64,000 nucleotides of DNA, from the NCBI GenBank assembly GCA_963850305.1, contig CAWKKR010000009.1, positions 50,720-114,719 of the forward strand, in the 5' to 3' direction. Shown one piece after another: positions 63,244 through 64,000 of this stretch. Under the pieces are notes generated by a model that made no database searches, was not told the DNA's origin, and worked only from the letters and a program-made list of their open reading frames with translations. The stretch is from an uncultured delta proteobacterium. GTDB lineage: Bacteria; Myxococcota_A; Polyangia; Polyangiales; Polyangiaceae. The position numbers were made by a program, and so were the translations under genes. The stretch's first letter is position 1; every line of letters starts with the position of its first letter.

Positions 63244-64000
63244 TGAGGGTGTACTCGACTCCTCGGACCATCAGCAGGGTGGCGTGAGGTGGAGCCTGCT
63301 CGGGTCTCTAGATCACCAGAGAACACAAACGTCGTCGTGGTCGTCATACCGGGAGGACGATGCTTCGACATCACCTCAAAAGTAGCGATGACGTTGCAAA
63401 GACGCGGCCTAGGGGTCCAGGGGGAGACTGACAACTTGTGTGGACACTCCGGAAAGCTGGGGACAACATCACGCCGCCCGGTGGGCGACACCGCGATAGA
63501 ACACATCGGGTGTCTGGTAGCCTGGAGCGCCTGGTGCGGGTGTCTCAAAGTTGTAGTAATGGAAGGAGGGCGCCTGACGCCGGTACGGGCCTCGCCGAGG
63601 TCGTTGTAGGCGTGCAGGAAGACTTCCTCGGTACTCTAGCGACCTCCAGACGCGCTCGACGAAAACGTTGTCGATACAGCGCCCCCGGCCGTCCATGCTG
63701 ATGGCGATCCCGGCCTCCCGTACTGGACCTTCGTGAACGAGTCTCGCCGCGAACTGCGAGCCCTGGTCGGTGTTGAAGATGTCGGGCTTCTGGAAGCGGC
63801 TGAGCGCCTCCTGGGAGGGCCTCGACGCAGAAGCTCGACTCCATCGTGTTCGACAGCTGCGAGTGCGAGCACGCGGCGGCTGAACGAGCTCGATGATGGC
63901 GAGGACACACGCGAAACCGAGGGCCTGATGGGCACGTACGCGACGTCGGCCGTCCTCGATCCTCGTTCGGCCTGGAAATAACGCGGTTCCTGAGCAGGTA
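63244..64000 (-). mobile_element. Second IS3 copy (right end and OrfB 3' part), lacking the IS4 insertion, error-rich, runs off the window
   Basis: Colinear with 53899-54069 joined to 55490-56050; single GGTCCAGGGGG site. Confidence 0.9.

Overview
High-GC bacterial DNA whose gene content (Ser/Thr kinase-PEGA-lipoprotein module, FIST, PP2C, orphan FHIPEP) suggests Myxococcota, probably Polyangiaceae-like (inference). Bases 1-15.2 kb are core chromosome: cmk, rpsA, AI-2E transporter, FlhA/SctV-family protein, FIST, PP2C, ddl, fused MFS/spermidine synthase and tRNA-Glu(TTC). The rest is a genomic island anchored at the tRNA-Glu 3' end. Element 1 (large serine recombinase, about 15.3-22.5 kb) is bounded by a 21-bp duplication of the tRNA 3' end. 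Element 2 (tyrosine integrase, DUF3854 primase-like gene, kinase module) starts at that duplication. It grades into a mosaic of gene fragments separated by five direct copies of a ~105-bp transposon-end-derived unit, then a nested pile-up of IS21, IS4, ISKra4-like, IS701, IS1182-like, IS3, RIT and IS91 elements. The two most interesting signals are the 105-bp-unit array joining unrelated genes cut mid-frame, and a ~100-nt two-hairpin non-coding motif with a compensatory base-pair change shared by the two integrative elements. Many single-base frameshifts, densest after 62 kb, look like long-read indel errors, so pseudogene calls based on frameshifts alone are uncertain. All family calls come from motif recognition by eye, not from database searches.
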